NCBI GenBank assembly: GCA_963514005.1
Contig: OY740818.1
Coordinates: forward strand, 22,506,001 to 22,570,000
Direction of reading: 5' to 3'
Source of the DNA: Raja brachyura
Lineage: Eukaryota
DNA: 64,000 bases
In this document: positions 1 to 63,352 of the stretch, piece by piece
Layout: each line of letters begins with the position of its first letter
Numbering within the stretch: position 1 is the first letter of the stretch
Position numbers and translations under genes: made by a program
The notes under the pieces: model-generated
What the model was told of the DNA's origin: nothing
The model's input: only the letters and a program-made list of their open reading frames with translations
Database searches by the model: none

Positions 1-1237
1 CTTATTCATTAATGATAAGATACAATATATAATTCCATTAGTTAATTTTGGGTGTGTTAGAGTGAATGTTCAATGCAATAAAGGAATCATAGCAAATATA
101 TGCCGAGCGATATGATGTGAGAAATGCAAAATGGATGTTTCCACCTTGGAGAAATCAGATTATAGACACTTCTCAGGAATGGAATCGTTCCATAACCTAG
201 GACTGACTGTATCCGGTTTTTAATAAAATAATCAGTGTGCATTAATGTCTTAAAGTATGCTTTTGTTTTGTTGGAAATTAATCAGGGGTTTGGAAAAAGA
301 CGTCAAGTTGCAGAATCTAAAATTAAGTTTAAAAAAAAATGTAACAAAAAGTGCTGGAATGTATTCACTGATTAACTATACATCCAGCCAATGGGATATT
401 GTATTCATTAACTGATCAAATACAAATATAATTGAGGATTTGTTTTCTTTTGTCATTGTTATTTTTGAATGAACTGATCGTCCAGATTGTCTGAATGATG
501 ATTCTTTAAGGATTTACTAATCTAAAATAAACACTCACCACCATAACTACAGATTAAAAACAGCTTTTGAATCACATTCCCGTTATTACTGAATGATATA
601 TAATTAATCTTTGATGGTCCATGAACCCTGGTACATTTCCTATTTTTACTAAACAAAAAATGAGACCGTAATAACTAAAGGACTTGAATGCTAATTCTGT
701 ATATTGTTGCACAATCTTGTATTGTTTTTATTGTTTCTTCTGCTCAGTTTGTGCTTTTCATAATAATGACTAACAATGCTGTATTTTATGTCATTGTCCT
801 GTCTGCATCAGACTCTGATTATCCAAGTAAAGGAATATATTTGATTAGCATTGATCCAGTTGCTCCACACTGACAGTGAAAAGGTCAGAGACGAGATGGG
901 ATGGCCTTCATGGTGTTCTTCTGGAGCTAATTGAATTAGATGTATAGTACTCTGATGTAAAGCAGTGCCAAAAAGACATTAGTGACTCCAAAAATAACTG
1001 CATTTCTTAAAAGAAATCTTCAAAATTGAATGTGTTGGAACCAACATTCTTGATTTATGGTCCCTGTAATTGTTTGAGTGCTTTCATATTTAAACAGTTA
1101 TCCTGATTACTTATCATCAGGCCAATTTTTGTACGTGTTAAATATTCAAGCTAGTTTCTACTGTCTTTGCTCCTATAAGTGTCAGTGATCTCACAGACTT
1201 GTATATTGACTGTTTTGTCATATAACACTGCCTTACT

Positions 1238-1536
1238 TAGAAACATAGACATAGAAAATAGGTGCAGGAGTAGGCCATTCAGCCCTTCAGTCTGCACCGC
1301 CATTCAATATGATCATGGCTGATCATCCAACTCAGTATCCTGTACCTGCCTTCTCTCCATACCCCCTGATCCCTTTAGCCACAAGGGCCACATCTAACTC
1401 CCTCTTAAATCTAGCCAATGAACTGGCCTCAACTAGCTTCTGTGGCAGAGAATTCCAGAGACTCACCACTCTGTGTGAAAAATGTTTTCCTCATCTTGGT
1501 CCTAAAGGAATTCCTCCTTATCCTTAGACTGTGACC
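1238..1536 (-). mobile_element. CR1-type LINE 3' end
   Basis: (TTTCTATG)-like tail; near-identical to 25887-26185. Confidence 0.88.
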
Positions 1537-2339
1537 TAGGTGTTAGACATAGGTGACATACTTTGTGGCAGAGGAGTATGTGCATGGGACATAAATGCAA
1601 CTGCCCCCTCCCAAAAAAAGGTGCCAACAAGTCTATTTTCTCCTTTTTGTTTCTAGACTACTTTTGGAATTATTTTCATTCCTTGTAGAATAAGAATGAA
1701 CTGACACGTACATAGTACTATAATATATCAAAGTTATAGCATGCAGTATAGAACATATTAATCAGGGATCATGTCACTACTCGCTTTCCTTTTAAGAAAC
1801 TAGTTGCAAATAAACATGGTTAAAGTGTGTTATATTCAAATGAGCCAACTGTGTGGATTAATGGAATTTTATTGTAAGGACATTCAAGAGATCAAATCTG
1901 CATAATTTTGTTCAGAATATAAATAACCATTGCATACTCCTTAGAAGTATTTAGCTGAGGTAGCCAGCATCAGAGCTGCGCTATTTAATCTAGCAGGTCT
2001 CTTTAAGGCCTGAAGACTATGTGAATCAGAAGAGAAATCTTGTGTTTACCCATCCAATGGCTCCCTGTAGGGAAGCCTGCATGTAGACTCACATTTAAGC
2101 CAACTAGTGACTATTTGATAAGATTCCTGGTTATTGAATTTTATTTTAAAGACATGCTGTGTTTATCTATCTTCCATGCACTCAGCTGTGACTAGATGCA
2201 TTTTTTTTTATGAGCATCATAGCGATGCCAATTGGTTTCAAAACATAGATCAATACAATTATCCCATACCAGGAAAGGGGCCTTAAATTGATGCGCAATA
2301 CAACATTACACAATAAAGCACACATACAGATTTAACCTC

Positions 2340-2467
2340 GTGTTAAAGTAGGAACTGCAGATGCTGGAGAATCGAGGGTTACACAAAAAGCTGGAGAAAC
2401 TCAGCGGGTGCATCTAAGGAGCGAAGGAGATAGGCGACGTTTCGGGTCGAGACCCTTCTTCAGACTG
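2340..2467 (-). mobile_element. Short non-autonomous Penelope terminal-repeat element with an intact minimal hammerhead core
   Basis: Reverse complement reads CTGAAGA-A-GGGT(CTCG)ACCC-GAAA-CG-TC (2436-2463); flanked by AACCTC direct repeats (2334-2339 and 2468-2473). Confidence 0.85.
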
Positions 2468-4213
2468 AACCTCATCTCTAAAGCTGTGGATCAGGTATTC
2501 AAGATCAAAATTGGGGGAAGCATGAGCAGGCTCACTCTGCAGGTGAAGAAGGTCTGAATGAGACAAACTCAATGAAGGGAAATGCAGGGAAGACTAGGGG
2601 TCCATGCGAGAGAAAATAAAATCTTAAAGACGTGCCTACGGGAGCATCAAACTCTAGGGTTACAAACCAACAGTTCTACAGGAGCAGATCTCTCAGGAGA
2701 TGTCTGAAACCATTCTACACGCAAGTAGAGCTGCAACCTCCTAGCTCCAGTGAGCTGAATTCAATCCTGACATCCAGTGCTGTTGTTGTGGAGTTTAACA
2801 CATTTTTTCCATGACTATGCAGGTTTTCCTTTTTCCTCCCACATTCCAAAGACTGGGTTAATTGGTCACTGTATTTCTACTCTAGTATGCAGTAGAACTT
2901 TGGCGTTGGGAATGGCATTGATGGGAATGTGGGGTAAATAAAATGGGATTCATGTAGGATTGGTGTAAATGGGTGTTTGATGTTCGCACATATTCTCCGG
3001 CTGAAGGACCTGTACCTGTGCTCTCTGACTTTATGGTTGAGTGCTCCAGGTCATTTGTGGACCACTCTCTGCCAAGGTGACAACTAAATGTGTGCTGTTT
3101 AGTACTACGACAAACATCCCAGCACCTTCATATGCAAGTACATGGATGATCTAGAAACAATTAGGTGTTATCGACACAACTTGTGAAGTAATGTAAACAG
3201 GGTTTTGGATGAAACTCCAATAGTGCAGAGAAAGATGTGCAAGTAAATTTCTAAACTATAGAATTTCAGTTTAGAGGGGTATGGGCCAAGCACGGGCAGG
3301 TGGATTAGTCGGAGCATCTTGGCCGACATGGGCATGTTGAAGACTCTATATCCATGCTGTATGACTATAAATTTATATGCACATACACTATACAATATTC
3401 AATTAAAGATATTTTCAAGTATTCTTATGTCTATTACATACTCCAATTACCTTCTCACACATTCAAGCCTTATAGAAATATAATCTGCCTAATAATTCTT
3501 CTAGGTATTACATCATGGGGCCCGATATCAATCGCACACATGAGTTGCAAGATTCACAAGATTCCGTTGTATCTAGACTGCTCCATCTTTATCATTAAAT
3601 GATTCACTATCCAGACAAACAAGTTAAATTACACTATATCCCATTATATTTCAATGTAAACTCCCCAGAGAAATACTCAAATCAAACTTGTTCTAAATTG
3701 TGCAAGAGCTACAATATAGTTTAGATGCTTTTATTCCCTTTTACCTTGTTGTATAAATGCTTGTTTATTTTAATTTTAAAATATGTTATTTATTTTACTC
3801 ATTCTTTGCTCTCTCTCTCTCGCTGCACATTGTACTACTTCCTGTCTCCTTCCACAGGCTCTCTACACAACATGCTGAAGTTAGGACACTGAGCTAAAAA
3901 TCATTTTCCAGAACTTCACCACTTCTATTCTTTACCTAATCACATGACTATAACATTTCCCTTCCTTCCCTCAAGAAACTACGATATGGTTTACAAACAC
4001 GAGCCTGGTGGGCAAGTGATGGGCACAGTGATGTATAAATGTGTAAACAACAGGACATCTTGAAGTATGATTGAAGCAGTTTGCCATCCCTGTAAAATTA
4101 TGATAGAAAACCCAAGTAGTAATAAAATAATAAAATCATGACACACTATGCAAAAGGGTTTTTAGCAAACTTGTACATTGTGCTGCATGCAACAAAGGAA
4201 TTGCTTGTACTTA

Positions 4214-52722
<48,509 letters not shown>

Positions 52723-53307
52723 ATTAATTGGGATGGCAACTGCAATGGGTCGGGGAGGGAGGGAGGTGGGTGGGTGGGTCGGGGAGGGAGAGAGGGAGGC
52801 GCCGGCGCCGCTGCAGCACCTCAGGCCGCCATGACAGACGACAACCGGCAGCGGCGGCCACCTCAAGATGGCGGCGGGCGAGGGGGCGGGCCGGGACCCG
52901 GGCCCAGCGGGCATATCCCGCAAACTCGACTTTACAGAGGCGGCCCGCGGTTCAGGCGGCCGCCGGCGACAGCGGAGACGTTCCACTACCGCCCGAACAT
53001 CTTCGTCGCCTCGCTAACCGCCATTTCCCACCGGCAATCCTATTTTACCTGCCTTGTCTGCGTCCCCGAACGCTGTAGTTTCTCACCGTCGTGCCGGAGC
53101 CGGGAACCAATGGCCGGAGCTCCGCGGCGGACTACACATCCCGGCATGCATTGCCTTGCGGGCCTGGCCCGGCGACGTGACCGGCGGCCGCTTGCACCAA
53201 CCAGGGAAGCGCGCATTACGTCACTGGAAGAGTGGGTGGTGCCAAGCTGCAGAAACTCCAGCCATTCATAAAAAAATAGAAACAGAAAAACAGGTGGAGG
53301 TGTAGGT

Positions 53308-54590
53308 TTAGGTCCACACCTATAGTGCTGAGTGATGCTCTACCTGAAGCTTTTCAGCGTACTCCATCCAGATCCACACAAAATGCTGGAGTAACTCATA
53401 GGATCAGGCACCATCTCTGAAAAAAGACACAAAAACCTAGAGTAACTCAGCGGGTCAGGCAGCATCTCTGGGGAAAAGGAATGGGTGACATTTCGGGTCC
53501 AGACCCTTCTTCAAAATCTTTTCTCCAGAGATGGTGCCTGACCTGCTGAGCTTTTTGTGTCTATCTTGTGTAGGTCATTCAGTCCTTCGAGCCAGCACTG
53601 CCATTCAATACGATCATGGCTGATCATCCAAAATCAGTACCCCATTCCTGCTTTTTCCCACATCCCTCGATTCCTTTAACCCTATCTAACTCTCTTGAAT
53701 ACATCCAGTGAATTGGCCTCCACTGCTTTCTGTGATTCACAACTCTCTGGGTGAAAAACTGTGTCATGGCAGCAATGTTGTTGTTTGCATTACACACTAA
53801 CGCAATGCATGCTTAAATGTCGTTGCACAACGAAGACAATGCATGATTAAATGTGCTGACACAATTCTTGCAATGAATGAGTAAATGATCAGTCTGAAGA
53901 AGGATCTCGACCTGAAACGTCACGCATTCCTTTGCTCCATAGATGCTGTCTCACCCACTGAGTTTCTCCAGATTTCTGTCTACCATCAATTTTTCCAGCA
54001 TCTGCATTTATTTCTTAAACATGAATGGGGAAATGTCATTACACACTAATGCCAAGTATAGTTAAATGTTTTTACACAACTAATGCAATGCACGGTTAAA
54101 TGAGCAGACTGGAGAATGGTGTTGAGTGGGAAAGATAGAATGGCAGAATAGACTTGATGGGCCCAGTGGCCTAATTCTGCTCCTCGCACTTATGTTGTTG
54201 CACAACTAATGCAATGCATGGTATAAACGTTGACTCACTAAACATTGTATATGTCCGTGTACATCATATCATTTCCTTAATGTTATGGCCTTTGGTAAAC
54301 AGGATGTTAAAATACTTTAGGTCCACACCTATAGTACTGAGTAATGCTTTACCTTGAGCTTTTCAGCGTACTACATCCAGATCCAGATCCACACAAAATG
54401 CTGGAGTAACTCAGCATGCTGGAGTAACTCATCGGATCAGGCACCATCTCTGAATAAAGACACAAAAACCTAGAGTAACTCAGCGAGTCAGGCAGCATCT
54501 CTGGGGAAAAGGAATGGGTGACATTTTGGGTCCAAAATCTTTTCTCCAGAGATGGTGCCTAACCCACTGAGCTTTTTGTGTCTATCTTCA
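53308..54590. repeat. Local ~260-bp direct duplication (53308-53567 and 54317-54588)
   Basis: ttaggtccacacctatagt…cagcgtact…ccacacaaaatgctggagtaactc…ctttttgtgtctatctt occurs twice. Confidence 0.92.
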
Positions 54591-54664
54591 GTTTAAACCA
54601 AAGATCACTCAGCATCTCTGGAGAAAATGGATATGTGGCGTTTCGGCTCAGGAGTTTTTTTTAT

Positions 54665-55170
54665 GGTACAAATAAGTCACTAATTTGAAATTAATTAACA
54701 TTGTCAAACACCCATAGGTATATTTTTTTATACGTGCAAATCAGTCACTAATTTCAAGTTAGTGTATAATGTCAAACATCCGTAGGTATATTTAATATAT
54801 GCAAATGTCACTAATTTCAAATTAGTGTATGTTGTCAAGCATCTGTAGGTATGTTTTTATATTTGCAAATAAGTCAAATTAGTGTATATTATCAAAAATC
54901 CATAGATATATAAATTTGTATATGGAAGTAAGTCACACATTTCAAATGAGTGTATATTGTCAAACATCCATAGGTATATATATTTATATATGCAAGTAAG
55001 TCACACACTTCAAATTAGTGTATATTGTCAAACATCCAGAGGTATATATATTTATATATGCAAGTAAGTCACACACTTCAAATTAGTGTATATTGTCAAA
55101 CATCCAGAGGTATATATTTTTATATATGCAAGTAAGTCACACATTTCAAATGAGTGTATATTGTCAAACA
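54665..55170. repeat. AT-rich minisatellite, ~60-68-bp unit, about 8 copies
   Basis: aagtcacacacttcaaattagtgtatattgtcaaacatcca-aggtatat…tatatgc units. Confidence 0.93.
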
Positions 55171-55309
55171 ATATTTTACTTATGGAAAAGTTTGAAGGTA
55201 AAATAAAAGTTTTGAACAGGCAGCAGCGTGGCCGTGCCCGAGGTGACTTGTTTGACGTGCGAGGGGTCCTTGGCCCTTTGGCAGCGCGGCGGCGGCGGCG
55301 GCAGCAGAG

Positions 55310-58418
<3,109 letters not shown>

Positions 58419-58796
58419 TGAAACTGTTGGTGGCAATGAAAGTTTAATCCTACTGCATTTTGTGTCACAATTTAGATTCTTATTCTTAGTATTGACCCAG
58501 CAGCTGTCTGATCAGCTGTATCCCTATCAGCTTATCCCTGAAATCTCTCCATACATCCCTTGCTGTCTTCCTCCTTACCTCTTCCTAAACCTGCCTACTT
58601 CATTGGCCTGTTGGTCCCCTGTCTTGCTATTTTCATGACTTGCTTCATATTTTGCATTGATTTGGTTTTACTATGGTTTTTAGTTTGAATGTGTTAGTGT
58701 GTTTGAAGTACCGTATTGCCATCTTGAGAACTTTGCTTTTCAGTTTTGTTTTTCTTTTTGTTCATGTTTGCTATCTTTTTCTTCTCTGGACCACAG

Positions 58797-58799
58797 AAG
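58797..58799 (+). CDS. RPS24: RPS24 3-nt microexon (AAG, Lys)
   Basis: Long pyrimidine tract then ccacag|AAG|gtaaaa; a 3-nt alternative exon after exon 4 is known in mammalian RPS24. Confidence 0.85.
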
Positions 58800-59552
58800 G
58801 TAAAATTATTTGTACATGTTGAAGCTTCCGTGTTCTGTTCGTCAATCACTTTAGATTTTTAACAGCTAAATAGAATCTCTAATACAAACGTGTGTGTTTA
58901 TAATTGATTGGTGCACTGTGAACATTTATCCCACTGACTGTAAAAAGTAGAATGGTTCTGACGATGGGCTTATAACAATAGATATTGGGGTGTTGCAGTG
59001 TAGTGTGGGGTTGCTCAGCTGTGAGTCATAACCCATTATTCCTTTTGGCCCCATGCACCAAATTAATCAACTTCAGCTTTTTGGTTTCAGGACCAGGTAC
59101 ATTGACAAGTAATGGGTTCCACTGGTGCAAAAATCTTAGAGTTGAAGCTGTACATTTTCTGTCATTGTGGATTGTGGACAGCAGAAGCTCGCTCTTGTGT
59201 ATGGAGAGCTTGTCTCTTTTTTGGTTTCCCTAGCCTTCTTCCCCCAAAGAGGCTCACCTTAGTGGTTGTGACGCCTATTTCTGGAAATGGCTGCCAGGGA
59301 AGGCTATCCCTGTATTAACGTGCCCTGCTAATTCTTTCACCCCAAAAAAGAATCTGGCAGCATGCTAAATGTGTGACTAGTGGAACTTTGTCAACAAAAA
59401 TAGTTGGCAGGTGTTGCTTTATGCGGTGAATTTTGATGCTCTTAACTGTTTGCCAACTCTTTTTAAGATTTATTTATTCGACTTGTTCCTGTATAATGGT
59501 CATTAACTTTGTTTTGCCTCTTTTTAATGCTCTTATGGAATATGTCCTTCAG

Positions 59553-59572
59553 AAATGAAGCATCAGTGGCAG
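59553..59572 (+). CDS. RPS24: RPS24 20-nt alternative exon (AAA TGA…; Lys-stop)
   Basis: ccttcag|AAATGAAGCATCAGTGGCAG|gtactg; resembles the mammalian 18-nt exon as recalled; TGCATG motifs downstream. Confidence 0.8.
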
Positions 59573-61340
59573 GTACTGACGCCTATGCATGAGTGTGATG
59601 ACCCGCACTGCACGTGACTGATTTGCTTTGCTCAATCTTGCTCCACTTGATGTCTTGCATGCTGTTTTAATAATGGGATTGGTGGTGGTTTCTGATCAAA
59701 GCCAAACGAACAATTGTCTGAAACATCTTATTGGTTAAGGCTTGAGTAGTATTGATGAGCTGCATTGATACCCAGATAGATCCATGTTTAGTTTTCCCCA
59801 AATTATGTTAGAAGTAAAGGCCATAGTTACTACGCTGTTTGGAATTCTAAATAATTACCTTATTGTTATTGCATAACCTCGACCCAAATATGCCAATTCT
59901 TGCTGGTTTTGAGATGGTATGAATAATTTTGATTGAGCTACAGTTTCACTCATCGCAGGCTGGAATTGTGAATGATGCAGCTTTCACAGATTTATACAGT
60001 ACAAGGCTACACCATGTATCTTGTGAATTGGCATTTTGTTCAAAGACTTCACATGGAACTCATTTATGTTTTAATTCATATTAAAGCAAACATTTATTAT
60101 GTTCCAATTCATATAAAGCTAACTTTATACATAATGTGTATAATGTTATACATAACGAGAAGAGAGAAAGCTTAGACCCACATATATCTATAGGCTTCTA
60201 TAAAACTGAATTACACTAAAATTAAATTAACATAATTAAGTGCAAAGAGTTGAGTGATGCAAGATAAAGATTAGAGTGAGCAGAAGCTCTAGAAAGTTGT
60301 CCTTGGTTATATAGTGCTGATTTGTTTAAATTATATGGGTTTGAGTTGCTGAGGATGTACATAAAAGATATTAACATGATTTAAAAAAGTTTGTGGCTCT
60401 ATTTTGGATGGAATTCATTTGTTCTGGCCAATATAAATAGTGGAGCAATGGTATTTTTCTGAGATTAAGGTTTATTGTGCAAATTTGTTGTGGGATGGTA
60501 CTTTATAATGATCAGTTGGTGGTATGTTTAGTGGGTAGGCTACTTGTGTGAATCCAGGGAGTCGAGAGTATTTCAATGTGGTCTGTAGCAACATGGAACA
60601 CCAGCTTATCGGGCTGAATGGCCTAATTCTGCTAGAATTTATCAACTTATATAGCAAAAGTAATCCTGACCCTCATCTGCAGTTTGGGGTAAAATGGAAT
60701 ACAATTGTTTTTTCATTTTAGGGATAAACTATGTGCATGCTTTATTTCAAGTTCATCTTAAAATTAATCCTGACGTGAAATCTCATTCAAGGCTTTCAAT
60801 CTTTTGCTTTCTGCTACCTTGTATTAAATTTAATTCCCTTTAGAATGTTTGTAGGTCCACAATCATTTTCTTACAACAATCACTCTGTGTTAGTAATCAT
60901 TCTTGGAGAGTTCACATTTTGCTTCTTGTTTAAAACGCTACTGTGCCGCAATTTGTCATGCTGGTTTTAATCATTGATTATGTGTGTAATATTGTACACC
61001 AGAGCTGTTATTTTGCTATTTAGATTATGATTATTATTACTATTCCTTTCAATCATGTTTGTGTATACAGGTGGCCCCCTGCGTTCAAAAACAAAACTTA
61101 CCACAATATCTATGCTTGCATCCAGAAATGCAAGTGGTTAAATATGACGAGATAAAATTTGCCATTTATTTTGCATTTTGTGTTCATTTAATTTTATTGG
61201 GCATCTCAGATAAACTGGCCATAACATGGGGGCCACCTGTAGTGGTTTGTAGAGAAAACATTTCCTCCAATAAATAATGGCACAGCAAGAAATATTACTC
61301 AATGTGGTTATTTTATTTTTCTACATTTTGTTCCCTATAG

Positions 61341-61369
61341 TAACGTGACTTGTGAAGGTTCCTTGAAAT
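61341..61369 (+). CDS. RPS24: RPS24 29-nt alternative exon beginning with a TAA stop
   Basis: ttccctatag|TAA…GAAAT|gtgagt; positional equivalent of the mammalian stop-first 22-nt exon. Confidence 0.7.
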
Positions 61370-61592
61370 GTGAGTATTTGACTGAACTTGCTGATTGTTT
61401 CATGAGATTATGTCAACTTGTTGAACTATTATTAAATGAAGTGTGGCTACTTGCTGTTTCAAAAATGTATTTCATAATTGCATAATGTGTATGTTTGCTC
61501 AGTTTTTGAGGAGGCAGTCCTGCACATGACAGAACTCTCAGATAATTGTTGTTTAAGATGCAGACTTTAATTTTATTTATTTTTACCAACAG

Positions 61593-61665
61593 GCTGATTT
61601 AACCATGGATCGTCATCTCTGATTATTTGTCCTCGTGCTCAAATAAATGCTATAAAAATTGGAAA
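61593..61665 (+). other. RPS24: RPS24 terminal exon (3' UTR, or ADLTMDRHL* if joined directly to exon 4) with AATAAA at 61642-61647
   Basis: ttttaccaacag| acceptor, poly(A) signal, GT/T-rich downstream sequence; the cleavage site is approximate. Confidence 0.75.
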
Positions 61666-62014
61666 GTTGTCCTCTCTTGGTTATATTGTGCTGATTTAAA
61701 AACAAAATGTGTATGGGTTTAAGTTGCTGAGGATGTACATAAAAGATATTAACTTATGATAAAAAAGAAAAGTTTGTGGCATTATTTTGGATAGAATATA
61801 TTTGTTCTGGCCAATATAAATAGTGCAGCAATGTTCATTTTTCGAGATTAATGCTTATTGTGCAAATTTGTTGTGGGATGGTATTTTATAATGACCAATT
61901 GGCATGCAGCTAGTGGGTAGGCTACTTGTGGGCAGCCAGGGAGTCGAGAGTGATTCATTCTGACCTGTAGATGGAACACCAGCTTATCAGGCCTGTAAAT
62001 GCAAGACACCGAGA

Positions 62015-62282
62015 TAATATGGTGGTAGCCCGCCGTAGATGACCATGGCATGGTTGTGCAGTCTTGCATCTTGTAGGTTCCAGTGTGGCTCAGGAGTCCG
62101 ATACGCGAGCCGCACACGCGGGGGCAGTGGGAGCACATGATGGCCGCTGTGGGGGATTCAGGGCTGCAGCCTTTCCTCCTGTCTTGGGAAACCAACGAGT
62201 CGGCTTCAACGATTGTCCTTAAAACTGCTGACCGCATTCCTAGTGGTTGTACAACAGCCAGTCCTGTCACTGGCACGGGTTT
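62015..62282 (-). mobile_element. RTE LINE 3' end
   Basis: CSHCPRVCGSRIGLLSH C-terminal motif of RTE-clade ORFs, plus a short tail. Confidence 0.75.
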
Positions 62283-62645
62283 TCTTATAATATATAGCTA
62301 TTAAAAATTCAATAAATTACTGGCTGTAATATTAGGTAGTCACGGGTCAGATTCATGGTTGCTTAGGTTAGTGTTGTGCAGTGTTCAAGAACGTGACGGT
62401 TGCTGGGAGTAGCCATTCTTCAATGTAGTGGTCATAGTTTCGTAGGATCCTGTGCCATCTTCCTGTTGGTACGAGCAAAATGAAAACATGGCCAGGGTGG
62501 TGTGAGTCTTAGATACTGGCTGCCTTTTTGTTGGGTTTATTAGTTTGGGCTACATTTACTGCATCTGTTCTATAAGGAAAAAAATATTCAAAAAAACTTG
62601 ACTTTCACTGACATTTGAGGACGAGAGTTCCAAGCACATGCATCC

Positions 62646-62945
62646 AGTACCCTCCATAATGTTTGGGACAAAGACCCATCATTTATTAATTTGCCTTTGT
62701 ACTCCACAATTTGAGATTTGTAATATAAATAATCACATGTGGTTAGAGTGCACATTATCAGATTTTAATAAAGGACATTTTTATACATTTCGGTTTCACG
62801 ATGTAGAAATTTCGGCAGTGTTTATACATTAGTCCCCATTTCAGGGTACCATAATGCTTGGGACACATGGCTTCACAGGTGTTTGTTATTGCCCAGGTGT
62901 CTATAAATGCCTCCTTAATACAGGTATAAGAGAGCTCTCAGCACC
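62646..62945 (+). mobile_element. Tc1/mariner left-end fragment
   Basis: Starts CAGTACCCTCCATAATGTTTGGGACA, with an internal direct repeat accataatgcttgggaca about 200 bp in (IR/DR-like); no transposase. Confidence 0.65.
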
Positions 62946-63082
62946 AAGGCTATGCTGTTGAGCATTTGATAACATAGTCGAGAATGTATTATTGTCATGT
63001 GCTGAACAAAACAATAACATTCTTACTTGCAGCAACTTAACAGGTTTGCAAACACTACACAATAGATAAAATAAGAAACAAA

Positions 63083-63352
63083 GAGACTCAAAAACTGGAG
63101 TAACTCAGCGGGACAGGCAGCATCTCTGGAGAGAAGGAACGGGTGACATTTTGGGTCAAGACCCGTCTTCATTCCTTCTCTCCAGGGCTTTGTCCTGCGT
63201 TACTCCAGCTTTTTGTGTCTATCTTTGATTTAAACCAGCATCTGCAATTCCTTCCTTCATGTAAAAAAACAAACATTTTTAAAAAAATGGCTAAATGTGT
63301 AAGGAGGAGCTGCAGATGCTGGTTAAACCGAAGACAGACATGAAAAGCTGGA
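63083..63352. mobile_element. Penelope-derived short units, inverted arrangement
   Basis: ctggagtaactcagcgggacaggcagcatctctgg… followed by the reverse-complement unit ttactccagctttttgtgtctatc…ccagcatctgca. Confidence 0.75.

Larger units (their letters stand above)
60292..61988. repeat. Local ~320-bp direct duplication (60292-60610 and 61662-61988)
   Basis: Shared blocks, e.g. gttgctgaggatgtacataaaagatattaac, tttgttctggccaatataaatagtg, tgtgcaaatttgttgtgggatggta. Confidence 0.93.

Noticed and set aside
1-4200. Search for PARG exon 10 (LFEG…KLKTLFCYF)
   Set aside because: Not found by eye; it presumably lies beyond the left edge of the window.
54665-55170. Regular repeat array resembling CRISPR
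   Set aside because: Vertebrate DNA; the whole unit repeats with no unique spacers and there are no cas genes. It is a minisatellite.
59595-59695. Possible C/D-box snoRNA (GTGATGA…CTGA) in an RPS24 intron
   Set aside because: No terminal stem or recognisable rRNA guide, too close to the donor, and better explained as splicing-regulatory sequence.
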